The position numbers and the translations under genes are program-made. DNA of 64,000 nucleotides from Candidatus Woesearchaeota archaeon (GTDB taxonomy: Archaea; Nanobdellota; Nanobdellia; Pacearchaeales; GW2011-AR1): positions 66,140 to 130,139 of the forward strand of contig CAZHCJ010000001.1 of assembly GCA_964530945.1 (NCBI GenBank), in the 5' to 3' direction. Under the pieces are notes generated by a model. It was given only the letters and a program-made list of their open reading frames with translations. It was not told where the DNA came from and did not search any database. Positions 1 through 8,962 of the stretch are shown here, one piece after another (within the stretch, counting starts at the first letter, position 1; each line of letters opens with the position of its first letter).

Positions 1-2198
1 ATTTTGTCTCTTGTCTGTTCAGGAGTTAACTGTATATTTCTCTTTTCTATTCCAACTTTAAAAGGAAATTCCGCCTCAGTTTCTCCTCTTTTAATTTCGG
101 GGTTAACTGAAACTTTTGCGAGTTTTTCAAGATTTACTTCAACAAGAGAAAAAACATAATCCCCTCCAAAATCGTCAGGTTGCTCTTTTCTAAGAGTTTT
201 CTCTTCAATTCCTAAAAACCCTTCCTTAGCGGTCTCGACAATAGCTCTTGTGAGATCCACTCTAACATTAACACTTTCTTCATCCACCTTGATTAACTGA
301 ATAGATTCCTCTCCAGATTCATCTAAATAAAAGACCTCATTTTTTCTGAAATCTTTCTTGAAAAGAGTTCCATCAGAATATCTTATCTGGATTGTTGCAC
401 CATACTCTTCAAATTTAGGTTCTTTTGTTCCCTCAAGAGAAATCTTATATATTTCCCCATTTATTTCGACATATCTAGTAGAGATTTCGTCGCTTGAAAT
501 TTTGTACTTGTCTTCACATTTAGAAGGAATTATTTCATCTCCAAATTCCTGTTTAAAACCTTCGCAAAAGACCAAAACATCTTTTTTCTGTCCTAAATCG
601 TTTGCCAAACTTATTACTTCTTGATATGCCTTTTCTCCCAAAGTTATAGGATAATCAGAAGGATAAGTTTCCTGAGAAAATGCTTCAATTACTCTTTCAT
701 AATCTTCTTTGGCATTTTCATAATCCTCTTGAACTTCCTCCTCTAAAGGCAAATTTTTTGCATCTGCAAAGCTTAAAAACTGAACATTCTTTCCATAAAA
801 CTCTCCAGGGTTCTCATATGTAATCTCCTTTATCACCTGGCCTTCAGTAAAGAAACTCACTCCTGACCTAAATGCTGAAGAAAAAGATTTTAGTGCGGCT
901 AAAGGCAAATTCACAAGGTTTTCAGGAACTTCCTCTGTCAATCCTGAAATCATATCCTCCAAAGCAGAAATTTCATCATTAGACAATTTTTCTTTTATTC
1001 CTCTTAATCTCACCAAATAGAACTTTAAATCTTCTTCATCGATTTCAAGTACCGATTCTACATCTGTACGAACATACGCCAAATAAACCGATTCCGTTCC
1101 TCCTTCCACCTCATAAAGCTTATCTCCAACTTCATATTCTTTTACATCTTCTGAAGATTGTTCTCCTATTTTTAATTTAAACTTAGGGCTTATTCTCAAA
1201 TCAAATCTGTTCGTTCCTTCATCTTCTTTACAAAGTATCTCTGTAGTTTGAACTAAACCTTCTTTTTTTATGTTTTTAATCTTGCAAAAACCTTCCAAAA
1301 ATTCTTCTTCATCTTGGAACTCTGAAGAATCTCCATTCACAGATAACCTAACTCTTGTATCTGGATTTTCAATATCTTCTAGCTTTAAACTCATACCTCC
1401 AGTGCAATAATCAAATCCAGGCATATAGATAAGACCTTGAGAAGTCTCTCCTTTTTTCAATTCCACACTATTAAGTCTTGTCAAAGAACCTCCTGGATTT
1501 CCAGAACGAACTCCAGAGTAAACAGAAATTCTCGCACCATTTTCATCTAAACTTTCTGTTTTCAAATATCCACGTCCGTCCCAAAAGCCATATCTCTCAA
1601 CATCATCTTCCCATTCATCTTGATTTAAAACAGGGACGTAATGGGTTGACCTTCCAATCCCAAAAGCATTTTTTATGTCATATCTTATCTTAGCAGTAAG
1701 ATTTCCAGAGACATAATCAGGCATCATAGATTCATTAGGTTGTTTCTTCAAATTGATTATAACATATCCTAAATTGTTTAATACTGGGCTATTGATATTC
1801 TGAGGCCCGTATTGCCCTAAGGCAGCTCTTGCAGGCTGGTATCCAATTCCTGCAACCTCTGGAGGATACTCTCCAGTTAAAGTGATATAATCTATAGCTT
1901 CTATGTCAATAAGAGGATTTATTTGCGTTCCAGAGATTTGGCAAAAAATAGGATCATTTTGTTCTTCAAGTAAATCACTTCTCACAACAGGAGGGCTACA
2001 TCCAAAAGGCGCGACCTGCAAGACAAAATCTTGCCCTGCTTCACACATCTGTCTATCAAAAAGACCGAAAGAATTGCCTTGAAAATCTCCCCTAAACTGA
2101 AGTTGAGGATTAAACGAACGAGTATATGTCGCAGAAACTAAAAACACTGAACTAATTAAAACCAAAATTCCTACTAAAAAAAGTATTTTTCTTCTCAT
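1..2198 (-). CDS. large secreted/surface protein; N-terminal ~730 aa present, gene continues past the window start
   Basis: An uninterrupted minus-strand frame runs from ATG 2196-2198 (MRRKILFLVGILVLISSVFLVSA, a hydrophobic signal/anchor) to the window edge. It is absent from the ORF track because no stop lies in the window. ATGA overlaps the stop of the upstream gene. Confidence 0.5.
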   Translation of the reverse strand, partial: MRRKILFLVGILVLISSVFLVSATYTRSFNPQLQFRGDFQGNSFGLFDRQMCEAGQDFVLQVAPFGCSPPVVRSDLLEEQNDPIFCQISGTQINPLIDIEAIDYITLTGEYPPEVAGIGYQPARAALGQYGPQNINSPVLNNLGYVIINLKKQPNESMMPDYVSGNLTAKIRYDIKNAFGIGRSTHYVPVLNQDEWEDDVERYGFWDGRGYLKTESLDENGARISVYSGVRSGNPGGSLTRLNSVELKKGETSQGLIYMPGFDYCTGGMSLKLEDIENPDTRVRLSVNGDSSEFQDEEEFLEGFCKIKNIKKEGLVQTTEILCKEDEGTNRFDLRISPKFKLKIGEQSSEDVKEYEVGDKLYEVEGGTESVYLAYVRTDVESVLEIDEEDLKFYLVRLRGIKEKLSNDEISALEDMISGLTEEVPENLVNLPLAALKSFSSAFRSGVSFFTEGQVIKEITYENPGEFYGKNVQFLSFADAKNLPLEEEVQEDYENAKEDYERVIEAFSQETYPSDYPITLGEKAYQEVISLANDLGQKKDVLVFCEGFKQEFGDEIIPSKCEDKYKISSDEISTRYVEINGEIYKISLEGTKEPKFEEYGATIQIRYSDGTLFKKDFRKNEVFYLDESGEESIQLIKVDEESVNVRVDLTRAIVETAKEGFLGIEEKTLRKEQPDDFGGDYVFSLVEVNLEKLAKVSVNPEIKRGETEAEFPFKVGIEKRNIQLTPEQTRDK

Positions 2199-4039
2199 TT
2201 AAAACTCGCCTCCACATCTGAATTCTCAAACAACAAATAATTCACTTGTACTTCCCCTAAAGTCTCAGGTGTCTCAAATCTTGGAACATTTAACTCTAAA
2301 ATATTATTGCTAGCTAAATTGTTTTCGGAAAAATATATCTCGGATTTTCCTCCTCCAATCAAAACATTTGAAATATCTTGCTCTGGGACTTCAATGTCAA
2401 AACACCTCTCTTCAGTAAATCCAAAAACTCCCAAGAGCCCACCACGAGAAACATCAATGCATTGTTCTTTTGTCGTTGCTCCAAAGTTCACTTTATTTTC
2501 TCCATAAATATTAACACTAACATTGTAAGCCCCTTCAGAAAGTTCTGCAACACTCTCTTCAGGATATAAAACACTTTCAACTCTTTCTTTAGAAGTGAAT
2601 GTCACAATTGCTTCTTCATCAAAAGTCAAATTATTTAATCTGAGATTTAATTGTTTTGGATAAATCTTATCTAAAACCACCTCCAAACTTCCTCCATTGA
2701 CACTGGTAAACAAAAACTCTCCTTGCTCATAATCTTCTGCATTGACAATCACACGCCCGTTGACACATTGAGGGAAATTTTCTTCAAGTATTCCGTTTTC
2801 AGTTTGGCCTATACTACAAGTTTGACCCAAACACTCATAAGAGACTCTGGCATCAACACTTTCTAGATTATTATTCAAAACACCTATCCTTACAAGAGTA
2901 TTTTTGTACTCACACAATTGAAGTTCAGGTCCTGTAACCGCCTCCACACTCGTAGGAGTCCTAGGAAGATTTCCTTCAATCAAAATAGCAACAGGAAATT
3001 GGAATATTTCTTCAGGGTTGTTTTCATCATAAATCTGAATCAATATAGGGTATCTCATATTGTAAACATAATGGTAAGGAACGTAGCAAAATCCTAAAAT
3101 GCCCAATCCTTGCTGATTTCCTACCGGATTAGAGACTAAAAAATCTCCTTCATTTGGAGAAATCTCATATGTGCTTGACCAATTTCTAGAATTTAAAAAG
3201 CGTACTTCGTGTTCAATAGGTAAATCCAAATCATAATATTGGTCTGGATTTGCGTTCAATGCTAAAGTATTGACCTCTATAGCTTCAGTTAAATTAGTTG
3301 CAACATTTTCTGCAGACCAAACCAAAGGACTACAACTTATCTCAAAACCATCAACAGGAGCATAGCTTCTTAAAATATCAACTGCACGTTCTTCTAAAAA
3401 CAATGTTTCTTGTTCCATTTCATAAATATCAACCGCAGAATCATGAAGTTGCCCAATATTTGAAAAAACTTCGACATAATGACTCTCAACAAAGACACTA
3501 TCTTGACCGCGTTCCATCCCCATCCTCATTTCTAAATCTAATTCAATAGATTCGTCATTAATTTTAACATTTGCATTCGGATCTCTCATTTCTATAACAT
3601 AACTTTGTTCATGATAACTTTCAAAATTACAATTTCTAACTCTTTCCTCAATAAAAGTTTCCAATTGATTTTCCATTTCACTTCTAGAAGGAATTTGTTC
3701 TTTTTCAAAACCATTCCCCGAAACATAATACCAATAAGGGATGGGATTTCCTAAAAAATTAAGTTGTGATGAAAAAGGATAATGTCTAGACCCTGCTTCA
3801 AATTCTGGTAAATCTATATATCCTCCGTGACTTCCCAAAACACTCGCGCCAGTCAAAGTATCTTCCTCAAGACAACTAATAAAATTTTGGTAAGCAGGTT
3901 CCAAACTTGAAGGGATATTTGAACTGCTAGAGGAAGCGTCACTGCTGATAACAAAATAAGCAACAATTGCCACAAGTAAAACAATTCCCAAAATTATGAA
4001 AATCGTGACTTGACCCCTTTTTTTAAAATGATTAAACAT
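2195..4039 (-). CDS. large secreted/membrane-anchored protein, 614 aa, unknown function
   Basis: ORF-track ORF with an N-terminal hydrophobic helix (IFIILGIVLLVAIVAYFVI), a Ser-rich linker and no recognisable catalytic motif. GGGGAG lies upstream of the ATG. Confidence 0.55.
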   Translation of the reverse strand: MFNHFKKRGQVTIFIILGIVLLVAIVAYFVISSDASSSSSNIPSSLEPAYQNFISCLEEDTLTGASVLGSHGGYIDLPEFEAGSRHYPFSSQLNFLGNPIPYWYYVSGNGFEKEQIPSRSEMENQLETFIEERVRNCNFESYHEQSYVIEMRDPNANVKINDESIELDLEMRMGMERGQDSVFVESHYVEVFSNIGQLHDSAVDIYEMEQETLFLEERAVDILRSYAPVDGFEISCSPLVWSAENVATNLTEAIEVNTLALNANPDQYYDLDLPIEHEVRFLNSRNWSSTYEISPNEGDFLVSNPVGNQQGLGILGFCYVPYHYVYNMRYPILIQIYDENNPEEIFQFPVAILIEGNLPRTPTSVEAVTGPELQLCEYKNTLVRIGVLNNNLESVDARVSYECLGQTCSIGQTENGILEENFPQCVNGRVIVNAEDYEQGEFLFTSVNGGSLEVVLDKIYPKQLNLRLNNLTFDEEAIVTFTSKERVESVLYPEESVAELSEGAYNVSVNIYGENKVNFGATTKEQCIDVSRGGLLGVFGFTEERCFDIEVPEQDISNVLIGGGKSEIYFSENNLASNNILELNVPRFETPETLGEVQVNYLLFENSDVEASFK

Positions 4040-4298
4040 GTTTTCTCCCCTTTATCTTCTCTTTTATTAATTCCATTATCTCTGTATTAATATCTTTTTC
4101 TATACTTTCTTTAAACTTTTCCCAAAGCTTTTCATCTTCTATGAGAAGCAAATATTTCTTCAATTTAATAAATCACCCCTTTCTTTAAAGCAAAAAAAGA
4201 AACTTTGTATATAAATGTTTCTTAATAAGTTACTTAATTACTTAGTAAGTTAGTAAGTAAAAACTTCTCAAATAAAATTCTAAAAAACCTGCGAAAAA

Positions 4299-4514
4299 TC
4301 AGAACATCCTTGGTTTTTTCAATCTCTTAATTCTCAAAACATTCACTGCTCCGATGAGAAGGAGCACCCCTCCCGCAAAAATAATCCATCCTTCCGCAAC
4401 ACTTAGACTCTTAGGTATCTCAATAAAAGCCAAATGATAATTTACGAGATAAAGTCCAAAAATGAGATATAATAGAAATGCAAGAATACTCACTCCTTTT
4501 TTGTCACCTTTCAT
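4299..4514 (-). CDS. small two-helix membrane protein
   Basis: 71-aa ORF with two hydrophobic stretches; weak evidence only. Confidence 0.3.
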   Translation of the reverse strand: MKGDKKGVSILAFLLYLIFGLYLVNYHLAFIEIPKSLSVAEGWIIFAGGVLLLIGAVNVLRIKRLKKPRMF

Positions 4515-4572
4515 GCCATATCATAATAAGCATTATATTTAAATATTTCCGACTTCGATATCTTAATATGGA

Positions 4573-4644
4573 GGTCCTGTAGTCCAATGGCTAAGACGTA
4601 TCCCTGACTTGGATAAAATCGAGGTTCGATTCCTCGCAGGACCA
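4573..4644 (+). tRNA. tRNA-Val (anticodon GAC), CCA not encoded
   Basis: Hand-folded cloverleaf: acceptor GGUCCUG/CAGGACC, T-arm CGAGG-UUCGAUU-CCUCG, anticodon stem UAUCC/GGAUA with loop CUGACUU. Position 37 reads U, which is unusual, so the anticodon assignment is tentative. Confidence 0.6.
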
Positions 4645-4699
4645 TTTCAACCCATCATTAACTTTAAAAACACAATTTATTACAAATATTCACGGAAAA

Positions 4700-5011
4700 A
4701 TGAAAATACCAAAACAAACAATAAGGTTTTGCCCTTATTGTAACAAAAAGACAAAACAAAAAATAAAGATAGTGTCCTCGGGAGGAAAACGTGGAACTTT
4801 AACTAGAGGAAGCATCTCTAGGGCTAAAGCTCGTGGTTTAGGCAGAGGCATAGGTAACAAAGGAAAATGGGGCTCCAAACCCGCGGTCTCAAAATTCAAA
4901 CGTAAAAGTAAAACAACTAAAAAAACAAACTTCATGTACACCTGCGATGTTTGCAGCAAGAGTAAATATCAGAAAAAAGGGCAACGTGCAGGACGTGTAG
5001 TTCAAGAATAA
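4700..5011 (+). CDS. rpl44e: ribosomal protein L44e (eL42)
   Basis: C-x2-C...C-x2-C zinc ribbon, basic, ~100 aa, matches the archaeal L44e pattern (CPYCNK...YTCDVC...GQRAGR). Confidence 0.85.
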   Translation: MKIPKQTIRFCPYCNKKTKQKIKIVSSGGKRGTLTRGSISRAKARGLGRGIGNKGKWGSKPAVSKFKRKSKTTKKTNFMYTCDVCSKSKYQKKGQRAGRVVQE

Positions 5012-5016
5012 ATAAA

Positions 5017-5619
5017 ATGGCAAAAGCAAAAAAAAGACAAAAGTTTTTCGATGTCGAGATGCCCATACTCAACAAAGAAACCCAACTTTATGCATACAGT
5101 ATAAAGGATCTAGAAGGTAGAACAATAACTTATGACTTGACACGTCTTCTTAGAGGCAAAGCGATGCTTCTCAAGCTAAAAGTAAACAAAATTGAGAAGG
5201 AGGGTAAAAAGGCTTCTTCCACCCCCATAGAAATCAATCTTATGCCTTATTTCCTGAGGCGAATGATGCGTAAAGGCACAAACTATGTTGAAGAATCTTT
5301 AAAGTTGGAAACAAAGACACACGAAGTCATAATCAAACCTTTCATGGTTACACGTAAAAAAGTTTCTAGGGCTGTGAGAAAAGCTCTCAGAGAACAAGTA
5401 AAAAAAGAGCTTGAAGCTTATTTAAAAAAGCACACTTCTCAAGAAGTATTTGAAGATTTATTAAAGAACAAACTGCAAAAATCTTTAAGTCTAAAACTCA
5501 AAAAAACCTATCCTCTGTCTTTCTGTGAGATTCGTGTTTTCAAACTTGAAAAATCTTTAGAAAAGATGGAAAAACCCAAGACAAAAGATAAATCTGAAAC
5601 TGAAAAGATGGAAAAATGA
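5017..5619 (+). CDS. rps3ae: ribosomal protein S3Ae (eS1)
   Basis: 200 aa, MAKAKKRQKFF start, KKTYPL..EIRVFK C-terminal motif typical of S3Ae. TGA overlaps the ndk ATG. Confidence 0.75.
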   Translation: MAKAKKRQKFFDVEMPILNKETQLYAYSIKDLEGRTITYDLTRLLRGKAMLLKLKVNKIEKEGKKASSTPIEINLMPYFLRRMMRKGTNYVEESLKLETKTHEVIIKPFMVTRKKVSRAVRKALREQVKKELEAYLKKHTSQEVFEDLLKNKLQKSLSLKLKKTYPLSFCEIRVFKLEKSLEKMEKPKTKDKSETEKMEK

Positions 5620-6107
5620 TTGAACAAACATTAGTTCTAATAAAACCTGACGGCGTACAACGTGGATTAATGGGAGAAATAATTAAGCGCTTTGAACAAC
5701 GTGGATTGAAAATAGTTGGCATGAAACTCACAAATGTGGATGACGATACTGCAAAGAAACATTACACTGAAGATATCTCTAAAAGACGAGGGGAGATTGT
5801 TAGAAATAAACTTTTGGAATTTATCACTTCTGGACCTGTGATGGCAATGGCAATACAAGGAGTGGATGCGATTGAAAATGTCAGGAAAATCGTAGGAGAA
5901 ACAGAATCTAAGTCAGCAATTCCCGGAACAATTCGTGGAGATTTTTCTCATGTTAGCTTTAAATACGCAGATGAAAAAGAAATCCCTGTAAAGAACCTAG
6001 TTCATGCGTCTTCAGACAAAGAAGATGCAAAAAGAGAATTAAAGATATGGTTTTCAGTAGACGAAATCCATGACTATGGCAGAAGCGAAGATCACCACGT
6101 AATTTAA
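5616..6107 (+). CDS. ndk: nucleoside-diphosphate kinase
   Basis: QTLVLIKPDGVQRGL..GEII.RFE signature, the NDK active-site region, 163 aa. Confidence 0.9.
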   Translation: MIEQTLVLIKPDGVQRGLMGEIIKRFEQRGLKIVGMKLTNVDDDTAKKHYTEDISKRRGEIVRNKLLEFITSGPVMAMAIQGVDAIENVRKIVGETESKSAIPGTIRGDFSHVSFKYADEKEIPVKNLVHASSDKEDAKRELKIWFSVDEIHDYGRSEDHHVI

Positions 6108-6215
6108 AATAAGAAATCTTTTAAACACTTTATTTCTTTACATTATTATGCCTCTACTCGTATGGCTCATGAAGAACAAGGGTTCTTTACACTAACCCGT
6201 AGATGTGTGATATCT

Positions 6216-6287
6216 GCCTGTATAGCTCAGTGGTAGAGCGGCTGATTTGTAATCAGTAGGCCGGGGGTTCGAATCCCTCTACAGGCT
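6216..6287 (+). tRNA. tRNA-Thr (anticodon UGU)
   Basis: Cloverleaf: acceptor GCCUGUA/UACAGGC, D-stem GCUC/GAGC, anticodon stem GCUGA/UCAGU with loop UUUGUAA (U33, A37), T-arm GGGGG-UUCGAAU-CCCUC. Confidence 0.8.
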
Positions 6288-6403
6288 TCTTGAATTATTG
6301 TTGCTGAGCCTTTTGAATTTCAAAAATCGCTGGACGTTTTTAAAAATTCTAAAAAATTTTAATCAAACAAAAATCCCAAAATTGTCCGTTTCAAAAATAA
6401 AAA

Positions 6404-6730
6404 CTACTTCAACTTCACTGCAGTACCATAGGCCAACATTTCAGAAGCACCTTGCATAACCATAGAAGTCATAAAACGCATTCCTATTATTGCGTCTGCT
6501 TTTAGATTCACCGCTTCATTAACCATCCTATTGAAAGCTTCATCGCGAGAATCGCTTGTCATTTGAGTATATGTCTTAACTTCTCCCCCTACAAGATTCT
6601 TAAATCCGGCTCCTATGTCTCGTCCAATATTTCTTGCCCTCACCGTATTTCCTCTAACAATTCCGAGGACCTCTTTTATCCTCTTTCCAGGAATTTCTAC
6701 AGCCGTAGTAACTATAATTTCTTTTCCCAT
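6404..6730 (-). CDS. YbjQ/UPF0145 (DUF74) family protein
   Basis: 108 aa, with AIIGMRF and LAYGTAVKL motifs characteristic of UPF0145. Confidence 0.65.
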   Translation of the reverse strand: MGKEIIVTTAVEIPGKRIKEVLGIVRGNTVRARNIGRDIGAGFKNLVGGEVKTYTQMTSDSRDEAFNRMVNEAVNLKADAIIGMRFMTSMVMQGASEMLAYGTAVKLK

Positions 6731-6955
6731 TTATTTTTTCTTTTTACGACCTCCTTTCATATCTTTACGTTTTTCTATCTTATCCTCATCCTTATTGAAA
6801 AATATGAGCACTCCAACGGCCAAAATAACTACTCCATAAACAAAAAAGATTAAGCTTGAAAATAAACCTAAAACCATAACTGCAATTCCTATTCCAATCA
6901 ACGCAATTCCCGTAATCGTTCTACTCATCAAATTCATATCAAAACAAAACGTCAA
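6731..6955 (-). CDS. small membrane protein with Lys-rich tail
   Basis: 74-aa ORF with two hydrophobic helices, tail-to-head with the neighbouring gene. Confidence 0.3.
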   Translation of the reverse strand: MTFCFDMNLMSRTITGIALIGIGIAVMVLGLFSSLIFFVYGVVILAVGVLIFFNKDEDKIEKRKDMKGGRKKKK

Positions 6956-6958
6956 AGG

Positions 6959-7537
6959 TTAATAAATATTTCGTTCTTTCTCGGCCATCTCTGCCTTACC
7001 GTCATCAACCAATATTTGGGCTATTTTCTTTGGAACATTTGCCATCTGTCCTTTTTCAAAAGGCCCTAAAGCCCTGCCCTCCATATCCACAAGCTCTTCA
7101 ATACTCTTTCTAAAAATCAACAAAACATTTTCCGAACTTTCCTCTCTTTTACCTCTAAGTTGTTCTTGAATTTTCTTATCAGATTTATCAATATTCTTCA
7201 TTATTTCCTCAAAAAGAACTTTCTCAAAATCAAGCATGTTCTCAAAATCTTGTTTGCTTATCCCTGTTTCGGCAGCAACCAAAACCAATTTCAAAATCTT
7301 TTTCCTACGTCTCAAAATAAGTTCTTTAAATAGGGTACTCGCATTCTCTATCTGTTTTTTAGTTTTTGCAATACTATCCGAAAAAGAATCATCTTCTTTC
7401 AAAGCCAGTTGTTTCTTCTCTTTAAGGTAATTCGAAACTTCTGAAACGAAATTTTTAGGAAGTTTTTGCAATTGCTCTGAATAACGTTCCTTCCTGGCCG
7501 CCTCGTAGATGTCGTTGTAGGTTATCATATTATACAC
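6959..7537 (-). CDS. putative GINS subunit (Gins51-like)
   Basis: 192 aa, N-terminal ..RKERYSEQLQKLPKNFVSEV.. resembles the archaeal GINS A-domain pattern (ELQ.LP..FY), with an acidic/Lys-rich helical body. Call made from memory of the family. Confidence 0.45.
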   Translation of the reverse strand: MYNMITYNDIYEAARKERYSEQLQKLPKNFVSEVSNYLKEKKQLALKEDDSFSDSIAKTKKQIENASTLFKELILRRRKKILKLVLVAAETGISKQDFENMLDFEKVLFEEIMKNIDKSDKKIQEQLRGKREESSENVLLIFRKSIEELVDMEGRALGPFEKGQMANVPKKIAQILVDDGKAEMAEKERNIY

Positions 7538-7569
7538 AAAGAAGTTTAATTTTTAATGATTTATGTTAT

Positions 7570-8880
7570 CTATCGCGTGAATCCAATTTTTTCAAAAAGT
7601 TCGCTACCCCTAAGTCTTCCTAAACTTCCTTTTTTAGCTGTCGTCTCGCAAAACTTAACTCCTTTTTGAACACTATCTTCTCTTGACTTCTTTGGTTTTT
7701 TCAGAAAGGTAGGCACAGATATTTTACTCTTTTTAGGAATTGATTTATTGTAAAACATTAATGGGACAGGATCTGCACTATGTGCTTTTAAATTACAAGG
7801 TGTGGAGTGGTCTGCGGTAACAACAACTTTAATGTTGTTAGGGGGCGCAAATTTTCTCAAAAATTTAAACAAAGTTTTATCTATGTGCTCAAGCATTTTC
7901 TTCTTAATTAAAGGTTTATTATCATGTCCTGGCAAATCTGTCTCCTTTATATGGATGTATGCATAATCAAATTTTTTATGTTTCTTCTTTAATGTTTTTA
8001 CGGAAAATTTACATGCTTTTTCCAAACCATCCCAAAGATTTTTGTAAACATCAATTCCTTTGAGTTTAGGATATTTGAACTCAAAAACTTTCATTCCGGA
8101 TGTTTTTGAAAAACCTTTTTCCAAAGGCAAATACGCAACAGAGAACCATCTCTTGTAGAATTTAAGCTTCGGTTTCTCAATTCCTGGATCACGCATCAAA
8201 AGAAAATTTGCAGGCATTAGCCCTTTTTTCTTTCGCTGTTTATTCACGGGATGATTCTTCAAAACGTCATAAGCTTTATCAACAAATTCTTTAACGATAT
8301 TCACAGTATATTGTGAATTTTCTTCATCATCTAAAGGCACAAACGTTCCTATCCTATCTGCTTCTTTTCCTTTCCCTTTTGAATAGGTACTATCATTGCC
8401 AGTAATATTATCTGAGAAGCCTCCCTTCATAACAAACACTGCGCGATGCTGGACAGTAGCCTTAAATTCAAACTTACAAGGCAATTTTATTTTATTTAAG
8501 GCTTTAGCTAAAATCTCTGCTTCTTCTGTTGTCAGCGTGCGACCTGCGCGTCTATCGATAATTTTACCTTCTTCAAAATCTTCCACTGTGGCAAAATTTA
8601 CCCTAAAAGCCAAATCTCCGCGTGTCAAATCAATTCCTGCGCCTCTGGCTTCAAGCTGCCCTCTGGTACTATCTGTAAGTTTATTTCCAAAAATAGAAAC
8701 TATTGCCTCATCGGATTGCGGAACAAATCCTGGCTTAACACTATCCATCAATCCAAGTTCGCCACGCGTCGCCAAAAAGTCTAAATTCGGCATCTCAGCA
8801 GCCTCAAGAGGAGTTTTACCTTTAAGTTGCTTATTGGGTAAATCCCCTGCGCCATCCAAGACGACAAGTATTCCTTTCAT
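7570..8880 (-). CDS. apgM: 2,3-bisphosphoglycerate-independent phosphoglycerate mutase, archaeal type
   Basis: MKGILVVLDGAGD...LEAA.MPNLD N-terminus and HSADPVP region typical of archaeal iPGM. Likely start is the internal Met at 8880. The gene ends with TAG. Confidence 0.85.
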   Translation of the reverse strand: MKGILVVLDGAGDLPNKQLKGKTPLEAAEMPNLDFLATRGELGLMDSVKPGFVPQSDEAIVSIFGNKLTDSTRGQLEARGAGIDLTRGDLAFRVNFATVEDFEEGKIIDRRAGRTLTTEEAEILAKALNKIKLPCKFEFKATVQHRAVFVMKGGFSDNITGNDSTYSKGKGKEADRIGTFVPLDDEENSQYTVNIVKEFVDKAYDVLKNHPVNKQRKKKGLMPANFLLMRDPGIEKPKLKFYKRWFSVAYLPLEKGFSKTSGMKVFEFKYPKLKGIDVYKNLWDGLEKACKFSVKTLKKKHKKFDYAYIHIKETDLPGHDNKPLIKKKMLEHIDKTLFKFLRKFAPPNNIKVVVTADHSTPCNLKAHSADPVPLMFYNKSIPKKSKISVPTFLKKPKKSREDSVQKGVKFCETTAKKGSLGRLRGSELFEKIGFTR

Positions 8881-8962
8881 GCCTAAACTAAGATAAACTT
8901 GTTTATAAAAATTTATGTAAGCCATTAGTTAATATTATAAATCGCTCAGACTTTTTTCTAAC

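Noticed and set aside
358-1693. Plus-strand ORFs 358-624 and 1478-1693, and others inside 2195-4039
   Set aside because: They lie inside the long minus-strand secreted-protein genes and have no motifs or start context.
4040-4180. Possible 43-codon TTG-initiated ORF overlapping the start of the 614-aa gene
   Set aside because: There is no ATG start and it overlaps the ribosome-binding region of the downstream gene. Not enough evidence.
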